64,000 bases of DNA from a bacterium (GCA_037130265.1 JBAXTI010000001.1:235086-299085); one strand, 5' to 3'. Positions 47,094 through 56,963 are shown, numbered from the stretch's first letter. Numbers and translations: made by a program. The notes: generated from the letters alone by a model not told the origin.

Positions 47094-47675
47094 ATGTCAG
47101 AAAATACCTGGAAAGAATACTTCGAAAGAACAAAAGATAGTAAACCTAGACCTCTACTTGTTAAGGCAGTGGATTTGGTGGTGGACAAAAATGAAGCACT
47201 TGATTTGGGCTCGGGTGCTTTTAATGATGTTAGATACTTGGTTTCGAAAGGTTTTAAACATATTACAGCTGTAGACAGTAAACCGATAGCTCAAGGTATC
47301 ATTCAGAATTTTCCGACAGAAATTGTCTCATATATTATCAGTTCTTTTGAGAATTTTGATTTTGTTGAAAACAAATATGATCTTATAAATGCTCAATACT
47401 CTCTACCATTTAACCCAGAGAATACTCTTGAAAGAGTTTTCAAATCAATCACTTCTTCTCTTAAAGATGGAGGGATACTCACAGGTCAATTTTTTGGAAC
47501 TAAAGATGAATGGAATGTTGAAGGCCATAAAATGAATTTTCAAACTCGCGAACAAGCAGAAAAATTACTAAGTGGTTTAGAAGTTATTGATTTTCAAGAA
47601 GAGGAGGAAGATAGAAAAACAGCAAAGGGAGATATGAAGCATTGGCACGTTTTCCATTTTATAATAAAAAAATAA
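47094..47675 (+). CDS. class I SAM-dependent methyltransferase (island cargo)
   Basis: Motif I ALDLGSGAFNDVRYLVSKGFKHITAVD. Small MTase fold, possibly TehB-like. Confidence 0.55.
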   Translation: MSENTWKEYFERTKDSKPRPLLVKAVDLVVDKNEALDLGSGAFNDVRYLVSKGFKHITAVDSKPIAQGIIQNFPTEIVSYIISSFENFDFVENKYDLINAQYSLPFNPENTLERVFKSITSSLKDGGILTGQFFGTKDEWNVEGHKMNFQTREQAEKLLSGLEVIDFQEEEEDRKTAKGDMKHWHVFHFIIKK

Positions 47676-47676
47676 T

Positions 47677-48171
47677 ATGGAAATAAAAACTCAAATAACA
47701 AATAGTAGAGGAAAAGTTTTCGATACTATATATAAAGATGGAGATCCTGAAACAGATTTAGAAAATAGTGTTATACACGGTGTTCATTCATTTTGCTTTT
47801 ATAAAGATAAGATGGTTATAGTTTCAAATTCAAGAAAAGAGTGGACTCCTCCTGGTGGCGGTATTGAACCTGGAGAGAATTATAAAGAAGCATCTATCCG
47901 TGAAATAAAAGAGGAAGCAAACATGAAAGTTCTTCACCAAGAGTGCATTGGTTACCAAGACGTTTGGATATCGGATGAAAACAGGATGGTAAGGCAGGTA
48001 CGAATGTTTTGTATAGTTGAACCATATGGAGATTTTGAGAAAGATCCTGATGGAGATATTTTAGAAATAAAACTGATTGATCCAAAAGATTATAAAGAAT
48101 ATATAAAATGGGGAGAAATCGGAGATCATTTGATGGGAAGAGCTTTAGAGCTTAGTCAAAAAATAAAATGA
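47677..48171 (+). CDS. NUDIX hydrolase (island cargo)
   Basis: Nudix box GGGIEPGENYKEASIREIKEEANM (Gx5Ex7REUxEExGU). Confidence 0.75.
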   Translation: MEIKTQITNSRGKVFDTIYKDGDPETDLENSVIHGVHSFCFYKDKMVIVSNSRKEWTPPGGGIEPGENYKEASIREIKEEANMKVLHQECIGYQDVWISDENRMVRQVRMFCIVEPYGDFEKDPDGDILEIKLIDPKDYKEYIKWGEIGDHLMGRALELSQKIK

Positions 48172-48812
48172 AACTTATTTTTCAATATAATAAAGAAAAA
48201 GATATTTGGTGCATCCTTAACAAAGGAAAAAGTTCTAATAATTCTCCAATTCCTACTAAAGTATATGAAGAACTTGTGGCAACATGCGGAGAAAATCCTT
48301 CGGCGGATTCCACATCTTCTTTTGTAAATAAATACTTTTTAGATAAAAACATAAAAGTAAATGAATATATAGAAAAATATCAGAGGGACTGGTATAGCAT
48401 TACAGAGAAATATCAAAAAAGAGCAGAGTCAGTGTTTGGAGTTTCATTACCGAGCGACATTGTTGTGTATCTTACGATTAATAATAGATGTCCATACAAC
48501 ATAGAAGATAATTACTTTTTTGTGACAATTCCTGCTTCTTCAGTTAGAAGAACAATAATGCACGAATTGTGGCATTTCTATATGTGGTACGGGCTAGGAG
48601 CAGATCAAGAAGAAAAATTAGGAAAGCAAAAGTATAATGATTTAAAAGAGGCTTTGACTGTATTGCTCAACGTGGAATGTAAAGATTTACTGCCAGAAGG
48701 GGTATATGATGGCGGTTATCCACAACATAAGGAAGTGAGAGAAGAAATTTTAGAATATTGGTCAAAAAATAAAAATATCAAGGATCTTTGGAAATATTTA
48801 CAGACAAAATAA
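48168..48812 (+). CDS. hypothetical protein with an HExxH motif (island cargo)
   Basis: IMHELWHFYMW contains HExxH. There is no other recognisable similarity. Confidence 0.35.
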   Translation: MKLIFQYNKEKDIWCILNKGKSSNNSPIPTKVYEELVATCGENPSADSTSSFVNKYFLDKNIKVNEYIEKYQRDWYSITEKYQKRAESVFGVSLPSDIVVYLTINNRCPYNIEDNYFFVTIPASSVRRTIMHELWHFYMWYGLGADQEEKLGKQKYNDLKEALTVLLNVECKDLLPEGVYDGGYPQHKEVREEILEYWSKNKNIKDLWKYLQTK

Positions 48813-48813
48813 T

Positions 48814-49581
48814 ATGGACATCGATAAACACAAAAAACAATTCGGTAATCAAGCAGAAAACTATACTAAGTATAGAAAACCATATACTGAAAAGTTATAT
48901 GAGCTTCTTTTCTCCTTAGCTCCTGGAAAAAAGATTCTAGATATAGCTTGTGGTACAGGTAAATCTACAGAACCGATGGTCAGAAGCGGAACGGAAGTTA
49001 TAGGATGTGATCACGATCCACTGATGATTGCAGAAGCTATTAAGCAGGCTGAGATTAAAAGCTCACCTATTAAATACATTGTTGCAGATGTTGAACATTT
49101 ACCATTTGAAGATTCAAACTTTGATGTAGTAACTGTAGGCACGGCATTTCATTGGTTTGTAAATGAAAAGTCTGTTACAGAAATAAAACGAGTACTTAAG
49201 GAAAAGGGTTTATTTTTTATTTTTTGGACTCTTACCACTAAAGATGTACCTGAAGAAGATTCCATCCCAGGAAGTTTCTATAAAACATTCAATTGGGATA
49301 AAGTTCCACCTGAATTAAGAAATTTAGATTATATTTCAAATTTCTTCAAAGAGCAGGGATTCCAGAATGTTAACACCGCAAGAATTCCATTTAGTCACAA
49401 TGATACCGTCGAAGAACAAGTAGGACTAATGAAAACAGCTTCAAGTTACGAGATTCTATCAGATAGTGAAAAAGAACGATTTATCAGAGAGTTAACTGAA
49501 CTTCTTACAACTAAATTAGGTAATAGACCCTACTTCACTTACGAAGAGGAAATACAGGTGTGTTATGGGTTCAAGAAATAA
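48814..49581 (+). CDS. class I SAM-dependent methyltransferase (island cargo)
   Basis: Motif I ILDIACGTGKSTEPM, then post-I GCDHD, then VTVGTAFHWF. Confidence 0.65.
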   Translation: MDIDKHKKQFGNQAENYTKYRKPYTEKLYELLFSLAPGKKILDIACGTGKSTEPMVRSGTEVIGCDHDPLMIAEAIKQAEIKSSPIKYIVADVEHLPFEDSNFDVVTVGTAFHWFVNEKSVTEIKRVLKEKGLFFIFWTLTTKDVPEEDSIPGSFYKTFNWDKVPPELRNLDYISNFFKEQGFQNVNTARIPFSHNDTVEEQVGLMKTASSYEILSDSEKERFIRELTELLTTKLGNRPYFTYEEEIQVCYGFKK

Positions 49582-49598
49582 TCATATAAAGTAATTAT

Positions 49599-50585
49599 AT
49601 GGAGTCAGTTTTACAAAAAATAACGGAAGAATATAACCTCAATTTTAAAGTTCTTGATAAGGTTACTCAAGGTTTTTTAAGTGATAATTATATTCTTGCT
49701 GATGGTCAAAAGAAGTATTTTCTTAAGAAATATAGGTTTAAAAATAAAGAACGAATGAGTGAGGTACATTCTGCGAAAAGATATTTCTTCGAAGGTGGTA
49801 TTCCAGTAATTATGCCCTTGCTCACAGATTCAGATGAAAGCTTTTTTGAACATAATGGGAGTTTTTATGCCCTCTTTCCTTTCATATTAGACCATCAACT
49901 TAAACCAGATGAAATCACTAAAGACGCGATTGTTTCTCTTGGAGAAACTCTTGCTCGACTACATCTTCGAGGAAAAGAAAGTAAACTTAAAATAAATGAA
50001 TTTTTCAGACCATGGGATAAAGAAGAGCGAATGAGAGGAATCAATCAAATTCTCGAAAAGATCTCACTCATAGAAAACAAAACCGATTTTGATATTCAAG
50101 CCGAAAAGAACATCTTGCTCAAGAAATCAGTTATTGAATCAAATAATCGAACATATGAATCTTTTAACTTTCTTAATGATCACCTCATTCACGGCGATTA
50201 CATGATAGGAAATGTATTTTTTGATGACCAGAACAATGTATCCAATGTGTTTGATTTTGAAAAAACAGAATATGCACCTAGATTTTTTGAGCTGTTTCGT
50301 TCAATGATATATACAACTTTCTTTGATGAAAATATTACGGAAGAGACTTTGGCTAATACAAAACTCTATCTCGATTCATATTTGAATATATATCCTATGT
50401 CAAAAGAGGAATTGGATGATGCTTTTACAGCATATTATATCAACAGATCTCACTCTTACTGGGTGGAAGCTGAGCATTATCTTAGAGGGAATACGAGAGC
50501 TGATGAACTTCTTGAAAGTGATATTGCACGCATGAATTATTTTTCAGAGAATTTTGAAGTATTAAAGAAGTATCTTATAGAATAG
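49599..50585 (+). CDS. aminoglycoside-phosphotransferase/choline-kinase-fold (APH-like) kinase (island cargo)
   Basis: Brenner motif HGDYMIGNVFFDD and a downstream DFE (VFDFEKTEYAP) are present. Length and layout fit small-molecule kinases of the APH/ChoK/HSK-II family. Confidence 0.6.
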   Translation: MESVLQKITEEYNLNFKVLDKVTQGFLSDNYILADGQKKYFLKKYRFKNKERMSEVHSAKRYFFEGGIPVIMPLLTDSDESFFEHNGSFYALFPFILDHQLKPDEITKDAIVSLGETLARLHLRGKESKLKINEFFRPWDKEERMRGINQILEKISLIENKTDFDIQAEKNILLKKSVIESNNRTYESFNFLNDHLIHGDYMIGNVFFDDQNNVSNVFDFEKTEYAPRFFELFRSMIYTTFFDENITEETLANTKLYLDSYLNIYPMSKEELDDAFTAYYINRSHSYWVEAEHYLRGNTRADELLESDIARMNYFSENFEVLKKYLIE

Positions 50586-51918
50586 TAATAAGTTTCTCTT
50601 TCAGAATAATCTTACTCTTTAAACATCCCAGTAAATCTCTTTTTTCAAATATTGATCCTTCGGTTAGTAAATACCTAGCGTAGTTTCTAATGTCAGCATC
50701 TTTCGCTTGATAGTTTTCTTCAGTCTTACCCATTATTCCAGAATGAAATTTCTTATGTCTCTCTATTTCGATTTCCAACTTCTTTTTAAGACCAGATTTG
50801 TCTAGATCAATCCTATCTATCATTTCTAGTAATTGTGATATTAAAACTTTTTCTTCAATGTAGCCTTCTTTGCAATGAATATTTTTAGATCGAGTACAAC
50901 CATAGTATATATACTTTGCTATCGTTCCATCTTTTAGATTCTTATACTTTTCCTGTGCAGTTACTCCTGATCCACATACTCCACAAGTAAGCATCCGAGT
51001 AAATGCAAACTCTTTATTTTTTTCAGTCGATTTTATTTGTAAATGTAATTGTTTTTGTGCCGCATCAAACAAATCTTTTGATATGAGTGGAGTATGTTTA
51101 CCTTGAAACCATCTACCACTTAATTTTGGGTATTCAAAAGTGCCATGATAAAAGTGATTATCTAAAATAGTGTAGACATTACTTAGGGTTAGAGGCTTTC
51201 CATTTCTGGATAGGAATTTAATCTCTCGTAACCATTTATATACTTTTCTGCCACTCCAACTCTCATATCCGACTTTCGTAAACATTTCTTTGATAATTGA
51301 GCTTCTGTCTGGATCTACTAATACTACGCCCGGCTTGTCTCTGTCTTTAGAATTTAAGTAGCCAGTAGGAGCGACACTCGGCCAAAGTCCCATTTCACAT
51401 TTTGTTTTGAGTCCTCGTTTTACATTAATGCTTTTATTGTCGTTCTCAAGTTTGGCTTGTGATCCGAGAATCATGAGTAGAAATTTCTCATTTGGATTGT
51501 TTGTAAATCTTTGGCTATGAGTCCGTATCTCAATTAACTTTTTCTGATCTAGTAAGTCTACTAATGATCCAAGATCTCCAGCATTTCTGCTTAAACGATC
51601 TGGATGCCACACAAGTATTCCATCAAACTTTCCATTCCTAATATCTGTAAGAAGTTTGTTGTATACCGGTCTTTGCCCGCAATCTTTTGCTGAATGGGAT
51701 TCTCTATAAATCTCTAGAATATTGAGGTTATCCCTTTGGGCAATGTTGAGCATCTCTTTAACCTGAGAATCTACTGACAAAGCCTGCCTTTCCTCGGCTT
51801 CGCTTGATTTACGGGCATACTCATTAACAGATGAGTCTCTACCAAATGAAAAAAGATTCAGCAAAAACTGTCCTGTGCTACGGAGACTCAAACACGTGGG
51901 GTTCAAAATAATCTTCAT
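50575..51918 (-). CDS. large serine recombinase (resolvase/invertase catalytic domain, recombinase domain and Zn-ribbon)
   Basis: N-terminal ARKSSEAEERQALSVDSQ (catalytic Ser region), GILVWHPDRLSRN, then a recombinase domain and CGVCGS...YYGCTRSK...HC zinc ribbon. Confidence 0.75.
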   Translation of the reverse strand: MKIILNPTCLSLRSTGQFLLNLFSFGRDSSVNEYARKSSEAEERQALSVDSQVKEMLNIAQRDNLNILEIYRESHSAKDCGQRPVYNKLLTDIRNGKFDGILVWHPDRLSRNAGDLGSLVDLLDQKKLIEIRTHSQRFTNNPNEKFLLMILGSQAKLENDNKSINVKRGLKTKCEMGLWPSVAPTGYLNSKDRDKPGVVLVDPDRSSIIKEMFTKVGYESWSGRKVYKWLREIKFLSRNGKPLTLSNVYTILDNHFYHGTFEYPKLSGRWFQGKHTPLISKDLFDAAQKQLHLQIKSTEKNKEFAFTRMLTCGVCGSGVTAQEKYKNLKDGTIAKYIYYGCTRSKNIHCKEGYIEEKVLISQLLEMIDRIDLDKSGLKKKLEIEIERHKKFHSGIMGKTEENYQAKDADIRNYARYLLTEGSIFEKRDLLGCLKSKIILKEKLITIL

Positions 51919-51972
51919 GAAGGATTCGATAGTGCCTTGCCCAGTGAACCATCGTTCACCTATAATAGGTGA

Positions 51973-53250
51973 GTGAATCAGTCGACGAAAAATGCCGCGT
52001 CCGCGACTGCGCCAAAAATTGCCGTCTCAAAAACCCTCCTCCACATCGACGGGGATGCGTTTTTTGTGGGCGTTGAGGTGGCGAAGAATCCGAAGCTCAA
52101 AGGTCTGCCGGTGGTGACTGGCGAGGAGCGCGGGATCGTATCGGCGCTGTCGTACGAAGCCAAGGCGCTCGGGGTTATTCGTGGCATGCCAATTTTCAGG
52201 CTGAAAAAAGAATTTCCGCAGGTCATCATCCTGCCCGGCGACTACGCGTCGTATGTGCGGTATTCGCAGCTGATGTTCGACATCGTCCGCCGATACGCCG
52301 ATGATGTCGAGGAATACAGTATCGATGAATGCTTCGCCGACCTCACTGGCCTGGATCGACCGCTGAAAATGACGTATTTGCAAATGGCCCAGCGGATCAA
52401 GAAAGAGATCACCGAAGAGCTCGGCCTGTCGGTGTCTATTGGCCTCGCGCCCACCAAGGTGCTCGCGAAAGTCGCGTCGAAATGGGTGAAGCCCAATGGT
52501 CTCACTGTGATTGGCTGTGAGACAGCGCCCGACTTCCTCGAAAATACGCCGATAGAAAAAATCTGGGGGATTGGGCCGCGAACCTCCGAGCTTTTGAAAC
52601 GAAAGGGAATACACACCGCCGGTGATTTTGCTCGCAAAGAATTGTCGTGGTTGCAAGTGCATCTGTCGAAGCCGTATCTGACTATTTGGCAGGAACTGAA
52701 TGGTATTTCCGTCGTACCCATCGACCCGGAGAAAAAGACCACCTATTCCTCGATACAAAAGACGAGGTCGTTTCATCCGAGCACCAACGACACAACATTT
52801 CTCATCTCGCAGCTCTCGAAACACATCGAGGATGCCTGTGCAAAAGCTCGGCACTTCAAGCTTGCACCGAAGAAGGTATCTTTTTTCCTGAAGTCGAAAG
52901 ATTTTGTGTATTCCAATCACACCGTCACGCTCGCATCGCCGACCAATGCACCGGAAATCATCGTGTCGCTAGCCGTGAAGGAATTTCAAAAGATCTACGC
53001 CAAACGAACCCTGTATCGCACCACCGGAGTGACGCTTCACGACTTGGTACCGTCGGGTGCGCATCAAGCAGACTTGTTTGGTGGGAGTGAGATGGCCAAC
53101 AAGCTCGAGGCGATTCATGGCCGGATCGACATGCTCGAAGACAAATTCGGCAAACGCACCGTGTATTTGGCTTCGACCCACAACGCACTCCAACAAAAGG
53201 CGGGTGGTACCGATGCGGATGATTTGGATCGGGATTTGTTGTTTTTGTAA
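51973..53250 (+). CDS. dinB: DNA polymerase IV (Y-family)
   Basis: LLHIDGDAFFVGVEV, SIDECFADLTG, LSVSIGLAPTKVLAKVAS, IWGIGPRTSELLKRKGIHTAGD. Confidence 0.8.
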   Translation: MNQSTKNAASATAPKIAVSKTLLHIDGDAFFVGVEVAKNPKLKGLPVVTGEERGIVSALSYEAKALGVIRGMPIFRLKKEFPQVIILPGDYASYVRYSQLMFDIVRRYADDVEEYSIDECFADLTGLDRPLKMTYLQMAQRIKKEITEELGLSVSIGLAPTKVLAKVASKWVKPNGLTVIGCETAPDFLENTPIEKIWGIGPRTSELLKRKGIHTAGDFARKELSWLQVHLSKPYLTIWQELNGISVVPIDPEKKTTYSSIQKTRSFHPSTNDTTFLISQLSKHIEDACAKARHFKLAPKKVSFFLKSKDFVYSNHTVTLASPTNAPEIIVSLAVKEFQKIYAKRTLYRTTGVTLHDLVPSGAHQADLFGGSEMANKLEAIHGRIDMLEDKFGKRTVYLASTHNALQQKAGGTDADDLDRDLLFL

Positions 53251-53293
53251 TTGGTGAAAGGTCACGTCCGACGAATTTTGTTATACTGCCTAA

Positions 53294-53911
53294 ATGCTAA
53301 AGATATATGTTGCCCGACATGGACAGAATGTAGATAACCTAAAGGGTATATTGAATGGACACAGGGATGAGCCTCTGACTGAAAAAGGCGTTGAGCAAGC
53401 GCATGAAGTTGCGGATAAGATAAAAGAATTCGCTATTATTTTTAATGCTATCTATAGCTCACCGCTGATCAGAGCTCTTGAGACCGCAAAAATAATATCC
53501 GGGACGTTGGGAATGTCGTCGCCGCAAAAAGAGAATCTGCTCATTGAAAGAAATTTCGGCATTATGACCGGAAGAATGATTTCTGAAATCGAGACTATGT
53601 GTGAGCCACATATTATTAAGACAGATACAATCACTTATTTTCTCAACCCAGAAGGAGCAGAGACGTTCCCAGACATGATGAATAGGGCTGAGGTGCTTTT
53701 GAATAAAATTAAAAGTGTACATCAAAGTGGAAGCATCTTGCTGGTTTGTCATGGCGATATCGGAAAGATGATTTACGCAACATACTATGGTTTAGATTGG
53801 AAAACAGTCCTCACCCAGTTTCATTTTGGTAATTGTGACCTACTTCTTCTCTCAGAGGACTCTCCGGCAGAAGAGGCACATGTTTTTAAGTTTGAACAAC
53901 ATAATCATTAG
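53294..53911 (+). CDS. histidine phosphatase superfamily protein (phosphoglycerate-mutase-like)
   Basis: The RHG catalytic motif is present in IYVARHGQNVDN, and the second His is in LLVCHGDIGK. GC content is lower than the neighbouring genes. Confidence 0.7.
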   Translation: MLKIYVARHGQNVDNLKGILNGHRDEPLTEKGVEQAHEVADKIKEFAIIFNAIYSSPLIRALETAKIISGTLGMSSPQKENLLIERNFGIMTGRMISEIETMCEPHIIKTDTITYFLNPEGAETFPDMMNRAEVLLNKIKSVHQSGSILLVCHGDIGKMIYATYYGLDWKTVLTQFHFGNCDLLLLSEDSPAEEAHVFKFEQHNH

Positions 53912-53933
53912 CTAGAATAGTTCCAATCTTGTC

Positions 53934-54553
53934 TTGTTTATTGACCCCATGAACTCCGCAATCCACGAATTCCTCCTCTTCGGTCTAAAACAAGCTCGGG
54001 CCTGCGTCTTCGTGGGGTCGTTCTTCGTACTTCTGTTTCTGTCCAACCACATTCCGCTGTTCGGTCTCGCTCGATACGACTTTCTGTTTATCGCGGCGGT
54101 GGGGAGCTATATCAGCCAAGCGTGGAAAATCATGAAGTTTCGGCTGAGCGATTACGAGCACTACGCGGCGAGTGCGGTGCTCTGCTTTCTCATCTATCTC
54201 AACTTTTTCACCAATCACTACATCTACGACTTCCGATACTTTTTGATCGCCGCTGTCTTCGCTTTTTTCTGGAAGACCCGGGTGTATTTCACGGTCTCTA
54301 GCAAGGAGCGCTACATGCCAATGAACATCGGCTTCCTACTCATCGCCTCTTTCATTTGGGTAGCAGAAAATATCTCCACCTACCTCGGTGCTTGGAAGTA
54401 CCCCGACCAGGTCCACATGTGTGGAGCGTGGTCTCCACCGGTAAAATCACCTCGTGGTTCCTGATGGTCATCATTAGCTTTATTCTGGTGGCGTATCTGA
54501 AGCATTTTAAGAGGGAAATGAGGGGTTCTGGTTCCATAGCGCAAGTCCGCTAG
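53934..54553 (+). pseudogene. DUF817-like polytopic membrane protein, apparently frameshifted near 54415
   Basis: Frame 1 (53934-54464) ends ...WKYPDQVHMCGAWSPPVKSPRGS. The adjacent frame (54356-54553) continues with a hydrophobic membrane-like sequence WSVVSTGKITSWFLMVIISFILVAYL. There is no homopolymer at the switch point. Confidence 0.4.
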
Positions 54554-54669
54554 GCTCGCGCGCGTTCTTCATTTATTGTCCACACGCTACTTTCTTTCGA
54601 GGCTGTACAATAAACAGTATTTTTCGGTTACTGTTTTTTTATTATCAATAAACACAAACCCATCACTCC

Positions 54670-55993
54670 ATGAACACCTCTTGCTTTAGTCGCCGCGGTA
54701 TATTGAGTCCCGTTACTATCTTTGGTTCACTACTACTCGCGATACTCTCCGCATCTTTTTTCTGCCTCTTCGGTTTCTGCCGCTACGACCATCTCTACCG
54801 ACATCGTCACTGGCGGGACTATTAGTTCTGGTAATATTAATTCGACTGGCACCATTGCTGCATCTTCTACGATCAACACGAGCGGTACTACTGGTGGTTA
54901 CAAGATAGATGGCAATTTGATCTTGCAAGCATCGAGTTCGAGGGCCACCTTGGGCACAGGATATCAGACACTGCTGTCCAACATTTCCGGTGCATACTCA
55001 AATGCGTACGGCCTACAGGCGCTCCAAAGCAATACTACTGGTTCGTACAACAACGCCTTTGGTTACCAGGCACTCAATGCCAACACGACCGGAAGTTTTA
55101 ATACCGCCTTTGGCGATCGCGCTCTCAGCCTCGGAACTACTGGCTCGCGAAATACCGCGGTCGGTTATTTATCTCTCATCAACAACACTGCTTCGTATAA
55201 CACGTCTGTAGGCTGGCAATCCCTCCGGGCCAATACCAGCGGTAGTAGTAACGCGGCCTTCGGTCTTTCTGCGATGGATGATAACACTACTGGTAGCTAC
55301 AATACTGCTGTGGGTGCCCAAGCGATGCAGCACAGTACCACCGCTTCGTATAATACTGCCGTGGGCACGAATGTGATGCTTAACAACACTTCTGGCGATT
55401 CCAATACTGCAATCGGACATCAGGCGCTTCTCGCAAATACTACCGGTTATGGCAATAATGCAATGGGTGTTGGTGCTATGGAGTACAACACTACTGGTTC
55501 GTACAACAATGTTATCGGATTGTTGTCTATGTATCAAAATACTACTGGTTCTTACAATACCGTCCTCGGATATCAGGCTGGATACATGGTGACAACTGGT
55601 AGCAACAATCTTATTCTTTCGAGCGCGACCTCTTCTCTGTCCAATGCCAACCTCACGACGGGCAATCAGAATATCATCATTGGAAACAATATTTCTTTCC
55701 CAAGCGCCACGGCAAACGGCCAACTTAACATTGGCAACATTATTTATGGCACGAGTATCACAGGCACCGGCTCGAATCTCTCTAATGGAAATATTGGCAT
55801 TGGCACTACCACTCCGGCTACCAAGCTCCATGTTTCTTCTGGAGCGAGTGCGACCACTACTGTTAGTGTAGGTGAACTCGGCCTCACTTCAAGCAAAGCA
55901 TGTGTGAATATGAATCGAGCGGACGGTGGGGCAGGCAGCTTCTACATCAATGCTTCGGGTGCGCTTGTTTCAGAAGCTAACTATTGCCGCTAA
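54670..55993 (+). CDS. secreted tandem-repeat surface protein (about 14-aa N-T-x-G-S-x-N-T-A-x-G-x-x-A-L repeats); signal peptide and body are in different frames, separated by a T6 tract
   Basis: The ATG at 54670 encodes MNTSCFSRRGILSPVTIFGSLLLAILSAS (signal-peptide-like) and then runs into a stop at 54825. The main ORF (54722-55993, TTG start, no signal peptide) is in the +1 frame, and the two frames meet at gcatcTTTTTTctg (54756-54761). The body has at least 18 tandem repeats such as ANTTGSYNTAVGAQAMQHSTTASYNTAVGTNVMLNNTSGDSNTAIGHQALL. Confidence 0.6.
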
Positions 55994-56005
55994 AAGCCAG
56001 TTTGT

Positions 56006-56755
56006 ATGAGAAAATATCTCACTCTTATCCTGTCGGTAGCCGTATTTGCTCCCTATGTGGCATTCGCTGCTTATAATGATGTGACACTCACCACAGATGC
56101 GCTTATTGGCGTGGCCGGCTACACGTTGAATATCACCGGTTCGAGTGCCGCCATACAATCGATCGTGGTAAATGATTCAAACTTCCAGGTCAGTATTTCT
56201 TCCGGTTCCTCTATTCAGATCACCTCACCGACCCAGCAAGAGTTGTCGGTTGATATCAGTTCCTTCACCACTAGCAATGTCTGCGTAACAGGGACTTCTG
56301 TCCTCACTCTCGCTTCAAGTGGTGCCTCGGGGACAGTCACCGTCACTCCGAGTTCGACGGTGTGTACGACGCCAGCTTCCAGCAATAGTGTGGCGATCGG
56401 CAACGGTCCGATTGTGGGTAGTATTGTGGGTAGTGGTTTCTATCGTCCTGCTTCCTCATCGGGTGTGTCTGTTCAGGCGCAGGCGACATCGTCTGTGTCG
56501 GTTGCGAAAGACAAGAAACAGCAATTCAGCAAAGACCTTTTTTTGGGAAAGACGGATCCAGAAGTCTTGGAGCTGCAGCGGTTTTTGAACAATAATGGCT
56601 TTGTCGTGTCTGTCAGCGGGATGGGGTCAAAGGGAGGGGAAACTACGTATTTTGGTGCAGCTACTCGAGCCGCTCTCATTCGATTTCAAAAGGCTCGGAA
56701 GATCTCTCCTGCTCAGGGATATTTCGGTTCTGTTACGCGCAAAGCTTTGAAGTAG
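56006..56755 (+). CDS. secreted Thr/Ser-rich protein with a C-terminal peptidoglycan-binding (PG_binding_1-like) domain
   Basis: Signal peptide MRKYLTLILSVAVFAPYVAFAAY. The C-terminus is DLFLGKTDPEVLELQRFLNNNGFVVSVSGMGSKGGETTYFGAATRAALIRFQKARKISPAQGYFGSVTRKAL. Confidence 0.65.
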   Translation: MRKYLTLILSVAVFAPYVAFAAYNDVTLTTDALIGVAGYTLNITGSSAAIQSIVVNDSNFQVSISSGSSIQITSPTQQELSVDISSFTTSNVCVTGTSVLTLASSGASGTVTVTPSSTVCTTPASSNSVAIGNGPIVGSIVGSGFYRPASSSGVSVQAQATSSVSVAKDKKQQFSKDLFLGKTDPEVLELQRFLNNNGFVVSVSGMGSKGGETTYFGAATRAALIRFQKARKISPAQGYFGSVTRKALK

Positions 56756-56855
56756 TCTTGAGTTAAGGTTCATGTCTAACAAGCGCATATCTTTTTCACA
56801 TTTTTTCTGTATAATAAGCGAATAAGCCTTTATTTCATTTTCAACACACATTCAC

Positions 56856-56963
56856 ATGGCAAAACGAGTAGCCCAGGATATTAAGAACAAGACCTCACGT
56901 TCACGCAAGACTGCGAAGCGTCGAGCGGCGAAGAGTGCGAAGCGAGCAGCACGAAGCAAGTAA
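56856..56963 (+). CDS. candidate 35-aa highly basic protein (MAKRVAQDIKNKTSRSRKTAKRRAAKSAKRAARSK)
   Basis: ATG at 56856 and TAA at 56961. A perfect palindrome aggggcatttcatgcccct follows the stop. It is below the ORF-track size cutoff and I recognise no family. Confidence 0.3.
   Translation: MAKRVAQDIKNKTSRSRKTAKRRAAKSAKRAARSK

Larger units (their letters stand above)
47070..51965. mobile_element. AT-rich genomic island (about 4.9 kb) next to tRNA-Gln, ending in a large serine recombinase gene
   Basis: Base composition drops sharply from about 47,070 to about 51,960 compared with both flanks. It contains six genes of accessory character (two MTases, a NUDIX hydrolase, an HExxH protein, an APH-like kinase, a serine recombinase). 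Its left edge lies downstream of the tRNA-Gln terminator. Confidence 0.6.
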
